Shown here in pieces: positions 50,301 to 64,000 of a stretch of 64,000 nt of DNA. The position numbers were made by a program, and so were the translations under genes. This stretch comes from Isurus oxyrinchus (Eukaryota), in the NCBI GenBank assembly GCA_026770705.1, contig JANJGN010000026.1, positions 38,750,001-38,814,000 on the forward strand, read 5' to 3'. Position 1 is the stretch's first letter; every line of letters starts with the position of its first letter. The notes beneath the pieces were generated by a model. It was not told the DNA's origin, did no database searches, and worked only from the letters and a program-made list of their open reading frames with translations.

Positions 50301-53300
50301 AGGGCATATTGAAGTGATTACTGATACAGGGTCTAGGTTAATAGAAACTGAGAGAGGGCAAAGTGCAATGATTATAGATTCAGGGTGCAGATTATTATAA
50401 TCCCAACAGGGACGAGTGCAGTGATTACTGAAACAGGGCCTTGATTAATATAAACTGAATCAGGCTTTTGTACAGTAATCACCAACACACGGACTGAATT
50501 AACATAACCTGAGACAAGGCCTGGTGCAGTGTTCACTGACACAGGGCCCAGATAAATATAACTGAGACAGGGGCTCGGGCAGTGATTACTGCTGCAGGAA
50601 CTAAATTAATGTAAACTTTGATACGGCCTAGTGCAGTGATTACTGATACAGCATCTAGAATGATTTAAAAAAAACTGAGGCAGGGCATAGTGCAGTGATT
50701 GCTGATACAGGGTACAGATTTATATAAACTCAGACAGGGCCTAGATAAATATAAGCCAGGCCAAGGGCTAGTGCAGTGATTAATGATACAGGATCATGAT
50801 CAATATAAACTGAGACAGTGTCCTTTGCAGTGATTACCGATACAAGATCTAGATCAATATTAATGGAGATAGGGCCCAGTGCAGTGATTACTGATAGAGG
50901 CTCTGGACTAATATAAACTGAGACAGGGCCTAGTGCAGAGATTACTGATACAGGGTCTTGATTGTTATAAACTGAGTCAGGGCATTATGCAATGATCCAA
51001 ATGCAGGCTTTATGTTAATATAAACTGTAACAGGATCTTGTTCAGTGATTACTGATACAAGGTCTATTTGATATAAACTGAGGGAGGGCATATTGCAGTA
51101 ATACAGAGCCTAGATCAATATATATGGAGACAGTGTTCATTGCAGTGATTACTGATGCAGGGTCTTAATTAATAAAAGTGGAGACACTGCCAAGTGCAGT
51201 GATTACAGATACAGAGTCTAGGCTGATATAAACTGAGGCAGACCATAGTCAGTGGTTACTGATACTGGGTCCAGATAAATTTTAAACTGAGACAGGCTCT
51301 AATGCAGAAAGAATTTTTGCAAAGTCTAGATCAATAGAAACTGATGCAGGGTCTAATGCAGTGATGATTGATACAGGGTATAGATTAATATAACCTGAGA
51401 CAGGGCCTGCTGTATTGATTAAAGATACAGGGTCAAGATTGATAAATACTGAGGCAAGGCATAGTGCAGGGATTACTGATACAGGGTCGAGATTAATTTA
51501 AATTGAGACATGGTTTGGTGCAGAGCTTACTGATAGAGAATCAGGATCAATATAAACTGAGACAGGGGCCCAGTGCAGTGATTACTGACACAGGGTCTAG
51601 CTTAATATAAACTGTGGCAGGGCTCAGTGCAGTGATTACTGACATTTGGTCTCAATCAATATAAACTCAGACAATGTCCAAAGCAGTGATTACTGATACA
51701 GGGCCGAGATAAATATAACTTGAGGCAGGGCCTACTGCAGTGATTACTGATACAGTGTTTAGGTTAACAGAAACTAAGAGAGGGCCAAGTGCAGTGATTG
51801 TAGATTCAGGGTGCAGATTATAATAACCAGAACAGGGACGAGTGCAGTGATTACTGAAACAGGGCCTTGATTAATATAAACTGAGACAGGGTCTTGTACA
51901 GTAATTACTGATACACGGTCTGAACTAACATAAACTGAGACAGGGCCTGGTGAAGTGTTCATTGATATAGGGCCTAGATAAATATAACTGGGACAGGGGC
52001 TCGGGCAGTGATAACTGACACAGGGTCTAGGTTAATATATATTGAGATGGGGCCTAGTGCAGTGATAACTGAAACATGGTCTAGATTCATAAAAAAAAGC
52101 TGAGGCAGGACATAGTGCAGGGATTATTGATAAAGGGACTCGGCTAATATCAAGTGAGACAGAGATAAAAACAAAGAAAACTGCGGATGCTGGAAATCCA
52201 AAACAAAAACAGAATTACCTGAAGTGAGACAGAGTCTAGTGCAGAGATAACAGATGTGGGACCACGATCAACATCAACTGAGATAGCTTCTACTGTGGTG
52301 AATCCTGATACAGGGTCTCAGTCAATATAAACTCAATGTGCAATGCAGTGATTACTGATACAGAGCCAAGATAAATATGAAATGAGGCAGGGCCTACTGC
52401 AGTGATTACTGATACAGGGTCTAGGTTAATAGAAACTGAGAGAGGGCCAAGTGCAGTGATTATAGATTCAGTGTGCAGTTTATTATAACCAGAACAGGGA
52501 CGAGTGCAGTGATTACTGAAAAAGGGGCTTGATTAATATAAACTGAGATCGGCTCTTGTATAATAATTACAAATACACGGTCTGAACTAACATAAACTGA
52601 GAAAGGGCCTGGCAAAGTGTTAATTGATATAGGGCCTAGATAAATATAACTGGGATGAGGCTCGGGCAGTGATAACTGATACAGGGTCTAGATTGATAAA
52701 AAAAAAAACCTGAGGCAGGACATAGTGCAGGGATTACTGATACCGGGCCGAGATTAATATAAACTCAGAGAGGGTCAAGTGCAGTGATTACTGGTATAAG
52801 GTTCAAATTGATATAAAATGACATAGGGTCTACTGCAGTGATTACGGATATAGGGTCTAGACTGATATGAACTGAGACAAGGCCTGGTGCCGTGATTTGT
52901 GTTACAGGGTTGGATGCATATAAAATGGGACAGGGCCTAGTGCAGTGATTACAGGCACAGGCTTTAGATTAATTGAAACTGAGAAACAGTCCAGTGCAGT
53001 GCTTTTAGGTTCAAGGTGCAAATTATTAATACCAGAACAGGGTTGAGTGCAATGATTACTGAAACAGGGTCTTGATTAATATAAACTGAGACAGGCTCTT
53101 GTGCAGTAATTACTAATGCAGGGTCTGAACCAACATAAACTGAGACAGGGCCTGGTGAAATGTTCACTGGTACAGTGCCTAGATAAATACAACTGGGACA
53201 GGAGCTCTTGCAGTGATGACTGCTGCAGGGACTAAATTAATATAAACTGAGGCTGGATCTAGTGCAGTGATTACTAATAAAGGGACTAGACTAATATAAA

Positions 53301-55500
53301 GTGTGACAGAATTTAGTGCAGAGATAACTGATGTGGGGTCAAGATCAATATAAACTGAGACAGGGTCTGTTGCAATGATTACTGATACAGGGTCTAGATC
53401 AAAGTCAACTGAGACAATGTCCATTGCAGTGATTACTGATCCAGAGTCTTAACTGATAAAAACTGAGACAGGGCCTAGTGCAGTAAGTAATGTTACAGGG
53501 TCTAGATTAATATAAACTGAGAGAGCCTCAAGTACAGAGGTTACAGATACAAGGTCTAGATTATTATATTCTGAGACAGATCTAGTGTGGAGACTACTGA
53601 TACATGGTTTAGCTCAATATAAACTGTGGCAGGGCACAGTGCAGTGATTACTGATGCTCTAAAGTAATGTAAGGAAGACAAGGTCTAGTACGGTGATTAC
53701 TGATACAGGGTCTAGATTGATAAAAACTGAGGCAGGAAAAAATATAATTCTAAAATTGGCTTAGTTGTTGGAGAGAGAGGGTGATGACAGAAGGACACTT
53801 TATTAACTGGAAGCCAGTGTCCAGTCATGTACCACAGGGATCTGTGCTGGGTACCCCATTATTTATTATTTATATAAACAAAAGTAGATGCCTACATGTG
53901 GGGTAGGATTAGTAAGTTTGTGGAGGACACAAAGATTGACCGGTTGGTTAACAGTGATGTTCAGTGCTTTGGGCTACAGGAAGATATAGATGGAATGGTC
54001 AAATGGGCAGATAAGTGGCAAATAGAATTTAGCACTGAAAAGTGTGAGGTGATACACTTTGGAAGGAATAATTTGACTAGGAAGTATTCAATGAATGGGA
54101 TGACACTAGGAAGTTCTGAGGAACAAAGGGACCTTGGTGTGTGTGTCCATAGGTCTCTGAAGGCAGAGGGGCATGTTTGTCAGGTGGTGAAAAAGGCATA
54201 TGGGACACTTGCCTTTATCAATCAAGGCATAGATTACAAAAGTAGGGAGGCCATATTGGACTTGTATAGAACCTTGGTGAGGTCACAGCTGGAGTACAGT
54301 ATGCAGTTCTGGTCGCCAGATTATAGGAAGGATGTGATGCACTGGAGACGATGCAGAGGAGATTCACCGGGATGTTGCCTGGTATGAAACATTTAAGTTA
54401 TGAAGAGAGGTTGGATAGACTTGGGTTGTTTTCAGTGGAGCAGAGAAGACTGAGGGGAGACCTGATCGAGGTGTACAAGATAATGAGAGGCGTGGACAGG
54501 GTGGATAGGGAGCAGCTGTTGCCCTTAGTTGAAGGGTCAGTCACAAGGAGACATAAGTTCAAGGTGAGGGGCAGTAGATTTAGGGGGCTTTTGAGGAAAA
54601 CCTTTTTTACCCAGAGGGTGGTGACAGTCTGGAATGCACTGCCTGGGAGGGTAGTGGAGGTGGGTTGCCTTACATCCTTTGAAAAGTACCTGGATGAGCA
54701 CTTGGCATGTCATAAAATTCAAGGCTATGGACCAAGTGCTGGTAAATGGGGTTAGGCAGGTAGGTCAGGTGTTTCTCACGTGTCGGTGCAGACTCAATGG
54801 GCCAAAGGGCCTCTTCTGCACTGTGTGATTCTGTGATTCTGTGATAATATAAACTGATATTACCGATAGAAGTCTAGATCAATATCAAGTGAGACAGCGT
54901 CTAGTGCAGTGATTACTGGCACAGAATCTAGATTAATATAAACTGTGACAGGGCCGAGTGCAGTGATTACTGACACAGGGACGAGATTATTATAAACTAG
55001 GACAGGGGCTAGTTACTGATACAGGATCAGGATCAATATAATCTGAGACAGTGTCCTTTCCAATGATTAATGATAAAGGGTCTGGACTAATATACACTGT
55101 ATCAGGGCCAAGACCAGTCATTACTAATACAGATTCAGGATTAATAGAAACTGAGAGAGGGTCCAGTGCAGTGTTTACTGATACATGGTCCTAATCAATA
55201 TAAGCTCAGACAATGTCCAGTGCAGTCATTACTGATACAGGGTCTGGATTAATAAAAACTGAGACAGGCCTAGTGCAGTGGTTACTGATGCAGGGTGTAG
55301 GTTAATATAAACCCAGACAATGTCCAGTGCAGAGATGACTGATACATGGTCTGGATTAATGTAAACTGAGACAGGGTCCACTGCAGTTATTAATGATTCA
55401 GGGTCTAAATTAATATAAACTGGGACTGTGTCTAGTGCATTGATTCCTGATATATGGTCTGGACCAGAATAAACTGAGACAGGGCCAAGTGCAAGAATTA
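47305..55500 (-). repeat. ~8-kb array of the 27-bp minisatellite organised as a 54-bp dimer, with nested Penelope fragments (~48400-48780, ~52165-52221) and a CR1
   Basis: Alternating gtgcagtgattactgatacagggtcta / gattaatataaactgagacagggccta. The insertion at ~52165 is flanked by the direct repeat aagtgagacagag. Confidence 0.93.
53750..54845 (+). mobile_element. CR1-like LINE 3' fragment nested in the minisatellite
   Basis: ORFs 53896-54387 and 54351-54755 (SKFVEDTKI...WQIEFSTEKCEVIHFG...RRLRGDLIEVYKIM); tail (gattctgt)n. Confidence 0.92.
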
Positions 55501-56719
55501 CTTCATCATTGATGCCCATATCCTAAGAACGAATTAAAACACTGCAAAATACTACAGATTCTGGAAATCAAAAGCAGGGCAAAAAATAACCACTCAGCAG
55601 GTCAGTGGGCATCAATAGAGAGAGAAACAGGTCAAACGTTCAGGCCAATGACAGGTGCAAAATCTCCCTTGGTACCAATCTATAGAGCAGGACTGTTCTC
55701 CCCCCTATCCTAGTCCAGTATTCATTCTTCAACTAAAATCACATATTATCTCATCATTTTTCGCAGGTCTATTCATGGGAGCTTGCTGTGCACAAATCAC
55801 CGGATGGATTTCCAATATTACAGCAGTGACTAAACTTCAACAAATGTACATTAACGAATTTCAAGGGCTTTAGGACTTCATGGGGTCATAAGCAGCATTC
55901 TATAAATGTAAATTCTTCCTAAATGTTAACATTTTAAAATGCTAGTTGTGATATGTTGAAAACTCTGAGATTAATATGATTATAGGTCGGTCCTGTGGCT
56001 GCTGTTTTAAATTGTCCATTTTAATCGGTTAAATCTTCCAACAAATTGACAATGAGTGTAATCCCAGCCTGTTCAAATATTCATCATTGATTGTGACAGT
56101 AGAACTTACAGAATTGAATTATTAATTTAAATGTATTTTTAATTATTTGAAATAAATAACATCTGTTCTAATGGATGTTGAAAATGTTTCTATTAATTTT
56201 ATACCAACTGTCAATATTCTTAAAATAAACCCTTGTTTTGAGTTGAAACCAATCAATAAGTGTCTATGTTTATCTGGTTTTGCTGCCATGAACACTTCAT
56301 TGAAGTCAGTTTATGTAAATGAACACAGAAATAGAAGTCCCAGATTAGATTCTGGAGACACAAAAACACAGCAATAGAGTCAAACATGCAAATACATCAA
56401 CCGATTTCAGTAGCAATTGTTTTTGGGCATTTTTAAAATCAGTTATATGAGAATTATGTCACGATGATATCTATGTTTAGAATTAAGTAAGATTCCCACT
56501 TATCATGAAATATAATGTCATGGCAAATGTGTTTGGAGGGATGTCCTGTATCCTCTCTCTCTCTCTCTCTGTCTCTTTCTCCTCTCTGGTACTTTGTCTT
56601 GTCTCTCCAACATGGGTCACTGTCTTTACTCCACAACATGAAGTCAATGTCTAGCCAATATATTCTCTCAGACCGATTCATACACTTCAAACTAAATTGA
56701 TCTAATGAAATGGATTATA

Positions 56720-57770
56720 ATCCGTAGAGGGAACTTTATTCTAAATCTGTTTTGAGCATTCACTGACTTGAGAGTGCTTGGTGGGAAACTGCAGACGAAA
56801 CTTTACTCTGTATCTAACCTGTGATGCAGCCAGTAGCATAGATATGATGTGGCCGTGCCAAAGAATCTTTCCCTGTATCTAACCCGTGCTGTTCCTGCCT
56901 TTGGAGTGTCTGCCGGAGTGTAGAGGGAGCTTTATTTTGCACCTAACCTGCACTGTGACTGCCCTGGGAGTGTTTGATACAACTGTGTCGAGGGAGATTT
57001 ACTCTGCATCTAAACTGTGCTATACGTGGCCTGAGATTAATTTATAGGGCCGTTTAGAGAGATCTTTACTCTGCATCTAAACCACGCTATATTTGACATG
57101 GCTGTAGACACTGTAGAGGGGGATTTGCCCCTATCTAAGCCCTGGAAATATCTGATGTGACGGTGCAGAGGCAGCTTTCCTCTTTACCTGCCCCCAGTGC
57201 CGAGCTTCCTGGGAAATGTCTGATGAAGAGTGCAGAGGAAACCTTACACTACATAGAACCCTTACCCTACATGCCTCAACTGTGTTTGAGCGGACAATGT
57301 AGAGGAAGTTTTATCCTGTTTCTGAACTGTGCTGCACCTGTCCTGGAAATGTTTGATGGTGACAGTGTCGAGGGAGATTCACTCTGAATCTAACCCATGC
57401 TATACCTGCATTGGGAGATTTTCATGTGGCAATGTAGAGGGAACTTTACATTATTAATGTAGCCCCATGCTACATCTGCCCTGGCACTGTTTGATGGAGC
57501 CATGGGCCTTGTCTATGCATTACACTAGACCGTGTCCAACCGTATCTAACCCGTGCTGTACCTGCCCTGAGAGTGTTCAATGTGACAATGTAGTGGTAGC
57601 TTTAAATTCTGTGACTAGCCCCATGGTGACAGTGTCGAGGGAGTTTCCCTCTCTCTAACCTGTGCTGCATCTTCCCTGGGAGTGTTCAATTTGACATTGT
57701 AGAGGTAGCTTTAAATTCTGTGACTCGCCCCATGCTGCACCTGTCCTGGGATAGTTTGATGGGACAGTAG
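56720..57770 (+). repeat. ~65-67-bp degenerate minisatellite
   Basis: Repeated ctgtatctaacccgtgctgtacctgccctgggagtgtttgatgggacagtgtagagggagctttact-like units. Confidence 0.85.
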
Positions 57771-59280
57771 ACCCTGACTTGATATTGCGTTCGACCGTGA
57801 CCCTGTCTCTCTTTATATTACAGTCGACCCTGCCTCTGTTTGTATTACACTAGGCTGTGTCCCTGTTTATGTTGCACCCAACATGTCTCTGTTTATATTG
57901 CACCAGACGGTGTCTCTGTTTACATTGCACTAGGCCCTGCCCCTGTTTATATGACACTCAACATGTCTCTTTATATTATATTAAACCTGCCTCTGTTTAT
58001 ATTGCATGAGACGCTGTCTCTGTTTATATTGCACTAGGCCCTGCCCCAGTTTATATTACACTAGACTCTGTTTCTGTTTATGTTACACTGATCCCTGTTT
58101 TGGTTTACATTACATTAGACCATGTCTCTGTTTATATTATATTAGGCTCTGCCCCTGTTTGTATTACACTTGATATATCACTGTTTATATTACACCCGGC
58201 ATGTCTCTGTTAATATTATACTCGACATGTCTTTGTTTATTCTGCACTAGACGCCGTCACTGTTTATATTGCATTAGATCCAGTCTGTGTTTATATTGCA
58301 CTAGGCCCTGCCCCTGTTTATATTAAAGTGGGCCCTGTATGTTTATAATACACTAGACCCTGTCTCTATTTATATTACACTGGACCCCATTTCTGTTTAT
58401 ATTACTCTAGATCCTGTCTTTGCTTCTATTAAATAAGGCCTTGTCTCTGTTTATATTATAATTGACCTGTCTCTGTATATATTAATCTTGAACTGTCTCT
58501 GTATTTCAGTAGCCACTGTCTCAGTTCTGTGCTAGATCATATCTGTATTTAAATTACATTAGACCCTGCTTCTGTTATTACTGCACTGCACACGTGCAAT
58601 AATGGGGAAATTGGCTGGGGTGGAAATAGTGAAGATAAGGCAGCAAGATGGTGGGAACAATTATCATGGGGGCCTATTTAGATGTTATGACTTGTCCTCC
58701 CTGCATCCCAGATTTGTGTTCATGATCCACAGACCTCTCTTATCTAGCAGCTGTTTAAATTAAACCATTTAACTCCTATTTTCAGGGTCTAGTGCAATAA
58801 AGTAAGGGAATATACTAATGTAATATAAACTGAGGACAATTAGATAAATATCTAAGACAGGACCTAATGTTACAGAAATAGAAACATGGACTAGAACAGT
58901 AACAAAGAGACCGGCCCAGTAAAATATGAACAGAGACATGGTGGAGAGCAGCAATAACTGAGACAGGACCTAATGTTACAGAAACAGAAACATGGACTAG
59001 AACAGTAACAAAGAGACCGGCCCAGTAAGATATGAACAGAGACATGGTGGAGAGCAGCAATAACTGAGACAGAGTCCAGTGTTACAGAAACAGAAACATG
59101 GACTAGAGCAGTAACAATGAGACAGGCCCAGTGTAGTATAAACAGAGACATGGTGGAGAGCAACAATACTGAGACAGGGTCTAGTAGTACAGAAACAGAA
59201 TCACAGACTAGAGCAGTAACAATGAGACAGGCTGAGTGTAATATGAACAGAGACACGGTGGATAGCAGCAATATTGACAC
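57770..59280. repeat. 27-bp minisatellite family in both orientations (plus ~57770-58590; minus ~58780-59280 with ~106-108-bp higher-order units)
   Basis: Same monomer as 32780-34860; near-identical blocks start at 58861 and 58967. Confidence 0.85.
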
Positions 59281-59824
59281 CATATTGAAGTCCCACAGAA
59301 CCACAGTATCTGGGTGGAGATACCTCCTGGTGATTACCACCTATTGCCCTCCCTCAGCTGATGAATCTGTACTCCTTCATCTTTAGCACTGCGTGGAAGA
59401 AACACTGAGGGTAGCAAGGGCAACGAATATGCTGTGAATTTGCAAAATCAATTACCATTTGACAAGACCAAGAATGCTGGAGCTGGATGAGTCCTGAATG
59501 ACGTATCTGAAAGGATGGACCTGCCACAGATGGTTAGAGAGCCAACACGAGGGAAACCCTTACCTGATCTCTGGCCCACCACACTATTGATATAAATGTG
59601 ATTGACCCCTGCACTGTCCTTGCGGAAACCCAGGCCGGTATTCACACTGAGCACATTCTCCATTGTGTTGTGTGGCACTGCTGCTGTGCTAAACGGGACA
59701 CATTCAGAACAGATCTACCAGCTCAAAACTTAGCATCAACGAGATACTGTTGGTCATTTACAGCAGGATAGTTGCATTCAATCACACCCTGTAATCTCCT
59801 GGACCAGAATATCCCTCACTCAAA

Positions 59825-60515
59825 CCTGAGTGTGCATATCCACAGGTTCCTAAAGGTAGCAGGGCATGTAGATGAGGTGGTTAAGAAGGCATATGGGTTA
59901 CTTGCCTTTATTATCTGAGGCATAAAACACAAGAGCAGGGAGGTTATGCTGGAACTTTATAAAACGTTGGTTTGGCCACAATTGGAGCACTACTGCAGTT
60001 CTGGTCACCACAGTTCTAGCAAGTATGTGACTGCACTGGAGAGAGTGCAGAGAAGATTTACAAAGATGCTGTCTGGGCTGGAGGATCTGAACTCTGAGGA
60101 AAGATTGGATAGGCTGGGCTGTTTTCCTTGTAGCAACAATGGTTGAGGGGCTGCTGAGGGGCATAGGTAGGGTGGATAGGAAGGCACCTTTTCCATTAGT
60201 AGAGAGGTCAAAAACCAGAGAGCATAGATTTTAGATAAGAGGTTCGAAGGCTAAGTGGGGAGTTGAGGAGAATCTTTTTCACCCAGAGGGTGGTAGAAAT
60301 TTGGAACTCACTGCCTGAAAGGGTGGTTGAGTCAGAAACTCTAGTAACATTTAAGAAGGATTTAAATGTTCACTTAAGCTGCCATAGCATCCAGGGCTAG
60401 GGCCAAGTGCGGGAAAATGGGATTAGTGTAGTCAGATCTTTGTTTACTGGGGCAGAAACGATGGGCCGAATGGCCTCCATCTGTGCTGTAAACGTCTCTG
60501 AGTCTATGAGTCTAA
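59825..60515 (+). mobile_element. CR1-like LINE 3' fragment
   Basis: MLELYKTLVWPQLEH...LERVQRRFTKMLSGL. Confidence 0.85.
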
Positions 60516-60619
60516 CATTCAGCCTGGGAATAATGAGGAATGTACGCCAGCAGGTCAGAAGCAAGACCAGGCATACCTGAAAATGATGAACCATAGCGTG
60601 AAGATAGAATACTGTACGT

Positions 60620-61730
60620 AATGGACAACAGATTATGTCCGTCCCCTGACAGCTTAATCAGTCTACTCTCAATCATCAGTAAAGTGACTGAAGGTGTCGC
60701 CGACCTGCTCACCAAAGCTCAGACTGAATCCACCAGGATCAGCTAGCGTCAAAGCTCATTGTAAACTTAGTCTGAACATGGACAAGAGAGCGAACTTCCA
60801 GACATAATGTATGAGTGCTTCAGTACTTGATGTCAAAGTAGCTGTTAATTGAGTGTGGCATCAGGAAGCCTTGGAAAGTGTCAGGTCAACGGGAATCAGG
60901 GGCAAGTCTCTCCACTGGCTGGAGTTTCACCTAGCGAATATGAAGATGTTGCGTTGTTGGAGACCGAACATCTCAGCACCAGGCCATCATTCCAGGAGTC
61001 TCACACAGAAGTGTCCTTGGTCCAACCATTTTCAGCAGCTTGATCAATGACCTTCCCTTCATCACTGGGTCAGGAGTGGTGATGTTCGCTCATAGTTGCA
61101 GTGTTCAGTTCCATTTATGACCTATCAGATAATGAAACCGTCCTTAATTATTGCATCTCGAACTGGACAAGTTTGTGCTGATAAGTTGCAAGTGATATCA
61201 GCAGCACACATGTGCCAGGCAATGACCAACTCCAACAATAAAGAAACCAAACATCTCTCCTTGACGTTCAAAAGGCATAACCGTCGCTGAAACCCACCAT
61301 CAACGTTGTTCAGATGCCATTGAACAGAAACTGAACTGGACCAGCCATATAAATACTGTGGCTACAAGATTAGGTCAGAGGCTGGGAATTCTGTGTGAAT
61401 GACTCACCTCCCGATTCCCTGAAGCCTTTCCACCATCTGCAAATCTGCAAGTCAGATGCCTGTTGGAATTTCTTTACTTTCCTTGATGAATGTAACTGCA
61501 GCAACACTCAAGAACATCACACCAACCAGAGGAAATCAGGGAGCCTTGATAAGCTCCTCATCCAGGAGTTAAACATTCACTCCCTTCACCACTGATACAC
61601 AGTGGCTGCAGAGTGTATCATCCACAAGATGCACTGCAGCAACTCTCCAAGGCGTCTTCAACAACACCTTCCATACCTGTGACCTCTACCTCCCAGAATA
61701 ACAAGGGCAGTAAGCACACGGGAACACAAT
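60620..61730 (+). mobile_element. Highly degenerate LINE RT remnant (CR1/L2 group)
   Basis: VWHQEAL...GIRGKSLHWLEFHL resembles the RT DxVWH...LxWLxSYL region; many frameshifts. Confidence 0.6.
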
Positions 61731-64000
61731 GCCCTGTATCCTCCTACACATACCACTCCATAGGTAGGAAATTGGCATTTGGCACCGGAAAAGAAGGGAT
61801 ATCTGAAATCTAATTCTGCTGACTGCACTGAAAATGAATATCAAGTGCTGCATAGCATATACGGCTGATCTGATACCGTCCTTTCAGGCTACTGCCAGAT
61901 ACTGATTTCTAGCCTAATGTCTTTATTTATCATATTATCTCTCCATCTCACAGAAACATGGAGTAATGCAGCCATAATTTAAACAGAGGCACAGATAAAA
62001 TCAAAATGCTGCAACTGCTGGAAATCTGAAATAAAGACAGAAAATGCTGGACAAACTCAGCAGGTTGGACAGCATCTGCGGAGAGAGAAACAGAGTTAAA
62101 TGTTTCGAGTTCATATGACTCTTCTTCAGAAACATAGCCTAGTGTCATAGTTACAATGACCACTATAATGTAGACATAGTCAAGATTTAATATAACATAA
62201 ACAGAGACAGGGCCTAGTGTAATATAAACAGAGAAAGAATCCAGTGCAATACAAACTGAGATGGATTCCAGTGGAACATTAATGAGATAGGGTCTATTTT
62301 AAGACAAACGGAGGCCTGATCCAGCACAATAGAAATAAAGTAGCCCCCAGGGAATTAATAATCAAACCAGGATCCTGTATAACATGGGAGGGACAATCAT
62401 GCAGTGGGAACGTCATTGGATCAGTAATCCAGAGATCCAGGCCTTTTCCCTGGGGATAGGGGTTTGAATCCCTTTATGGTAGCATGTGGAATCCAAATTC
62501 AATTAATAAATCTGGAATTGAAAGCTCATCTCAATAATGGTGACCATGAAACGATATTCGATTATATGAAACATCCACCTGGTTCACCGATGTCCTTTAG
62601 GGCAGGAAATCTGCCGTCCTTACCCAGTCTGGACTACATTTTTTTTGTTCGTTCATGAGAATGGGGGCGGCGCTGGCTAGGCCAGCATTTATTGCCCATC
62701 CTTAATTGCCTCCTTGAGAACAGTGCGGCTTGTTAGGCTGGGTTTTTACGACAATATTTTCATGGTCATCATTAGATTTTTCCATTCAAATTTCACCATC
62801 TGCCGTGGTGGGATTCAAACCCAGACCCCCAGCGATTTACTAGCCCAGTGAGAATACCAGCACATCACCACCTCCCATACATATAACTCCAGACCCACAG
62901 CTTTGTGGAGCCCCATTCTCCAGTTACTTGTTTACTTGTCTACCACCATTTACGACTGGATGTGACAGGACTGCAGAGGTAAATCCGATCGGTTTGAATT
63001 GGGAACTTCCAGACTGTGTGATATAAATATTGGTATTGACTGGTGCAGTATTATTTGAAACAGGGTACATTGAAATATAAAGAGAGACAATGTTTGGTCT
63101 AACATAAAAATGGATGGAGTCCAATTGAAAAAGACAGAGACAGGGTCCAGTGCAGTATTATCTGAGACAATGCCTGTTTCATAGAATGTGTCCATCAAGA
63201 TTCCATCTCCATCCGCTAGCCAAACGTTGCAATTGCAGCTACTGTGAAAATGTCGCTGTCAGGTTAGGTCTTTGACATTATTGTATCAAGAATCCACTTC
63301 CCCAGGTGTCACACCACATCGCCTTCTGCAGGAGGTGCCAAAATTTAACAAAATTCAACTAATTGCAGATGAACATGGTTGATTAGCGCACATTAAAGTC
63401 AGCACCAGAGTAAAGCGGCCCAATTCCTGGTGATGGATCTTTGTTCATCTTGATTAAAGGGAGGGATGTTGACCAGGGAGCTGTATAGAGACGGCGGGTG
63501 CTTTAATATCCACCTCAACAAACATAGTGTTGGGAAGAGTTTATAGGTTCATGATACCACCTGATAGACAGTTAGGGTCATTTTCTTCAATGGTTAAGTC
63601 TTATGGAGCCTCCCAGGAAGTCAAGGTGGCATCTTAAGTTGGTCTGTGTGTGTGAGGGAGATTGGGAGGAAGAGAAAGAGTGAGAAGCACATCACATTGT
63701 TTGCAACTGAAATTCACGGTAATCCTGGACAACCTTCCATCTATGAAAGGTCACAGACACACAATGGAAACAAACCCATTTCAGATGTGCTGATTGCTAA
63801 GGAGGCCAATTGTTGTGAGGCAGGCTCTGCCATAAGTGCTGCACATGAAGCTGCAAAGTGTCGTTGTGGCTTGTTTTTTTTTCTCGGTGTTGGCCTGGAG
63901 TGCCAAGCCGCTTTAGCCGCTGGTCATCGTGGTGATTCACGTCAACCCACAGGAGGTGTCGCCATTTTCCTCAGCTGTCAGTTAGTTTCACTCCTTTGTG

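Noticed and set aside
47305-55519. Hydrophobic repeat ORFs (PVSVITALG / PVSVYINLD)
   Set aside because: Artefact of a 27-bp (9-codon) tandem repeat with frequent frameshifts and TE insertions.
63780-63990. Promoter-like motifs (CCAAT, CACGTCA, GCCATTTT) at the window end
   Set aside because: No associated gene is visible in the window; cannot be supported.

Overview
Vertebrate genomic DNA that reads as part of a cartilaginous-fish (shark) TCR alpha/delta locus, transcribed on the minus strand. Bases 1-20 kb hold an unusual NAR-TCR cassette. In transcriptional order it has one intact rearranging IgNAR-like V (leader, octamer promoter, 22-RSS), a 12/12-RSS D and a 23-RSS J. Three tandem germline-joined NAR-type V(D)J exons follow; their ORFs and splice sites are intact but their leaders and proximal promoters are damaged. 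Last comes a single apparently leaderless supporting Vdelta with a CDR1 Cys, followed by a tandem array of at least 6 RSS-like units. All V exons are phase-1/phase-1. Each joined exon has an extra CDR3 Cys plus the family FR1 Cys. I infer an extended, disulfide-stacked TCRdelta chain with up to 5 V domains, in which the joined exons act as invariant, skippable stalk modules. A candidate short terminal exon after the J (penultimate Cys, AATAAA) could encode a secreted single-domain isoform. The rest of the window holds one TCR V pseudogene (~25.7-26.0 kb), two assembly gaps and dense repeats: CR1-like LINEs, Penelope-like elements with hammerhead-like motifs, SINEs, LTR-like elements, and 27-bp and ~67-bp minisatellites. 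No Ddelta/Jdelta/Cdelta is in the window. Repeat boundaries are approximate, and all function and splicing statements are inference without transcript data.
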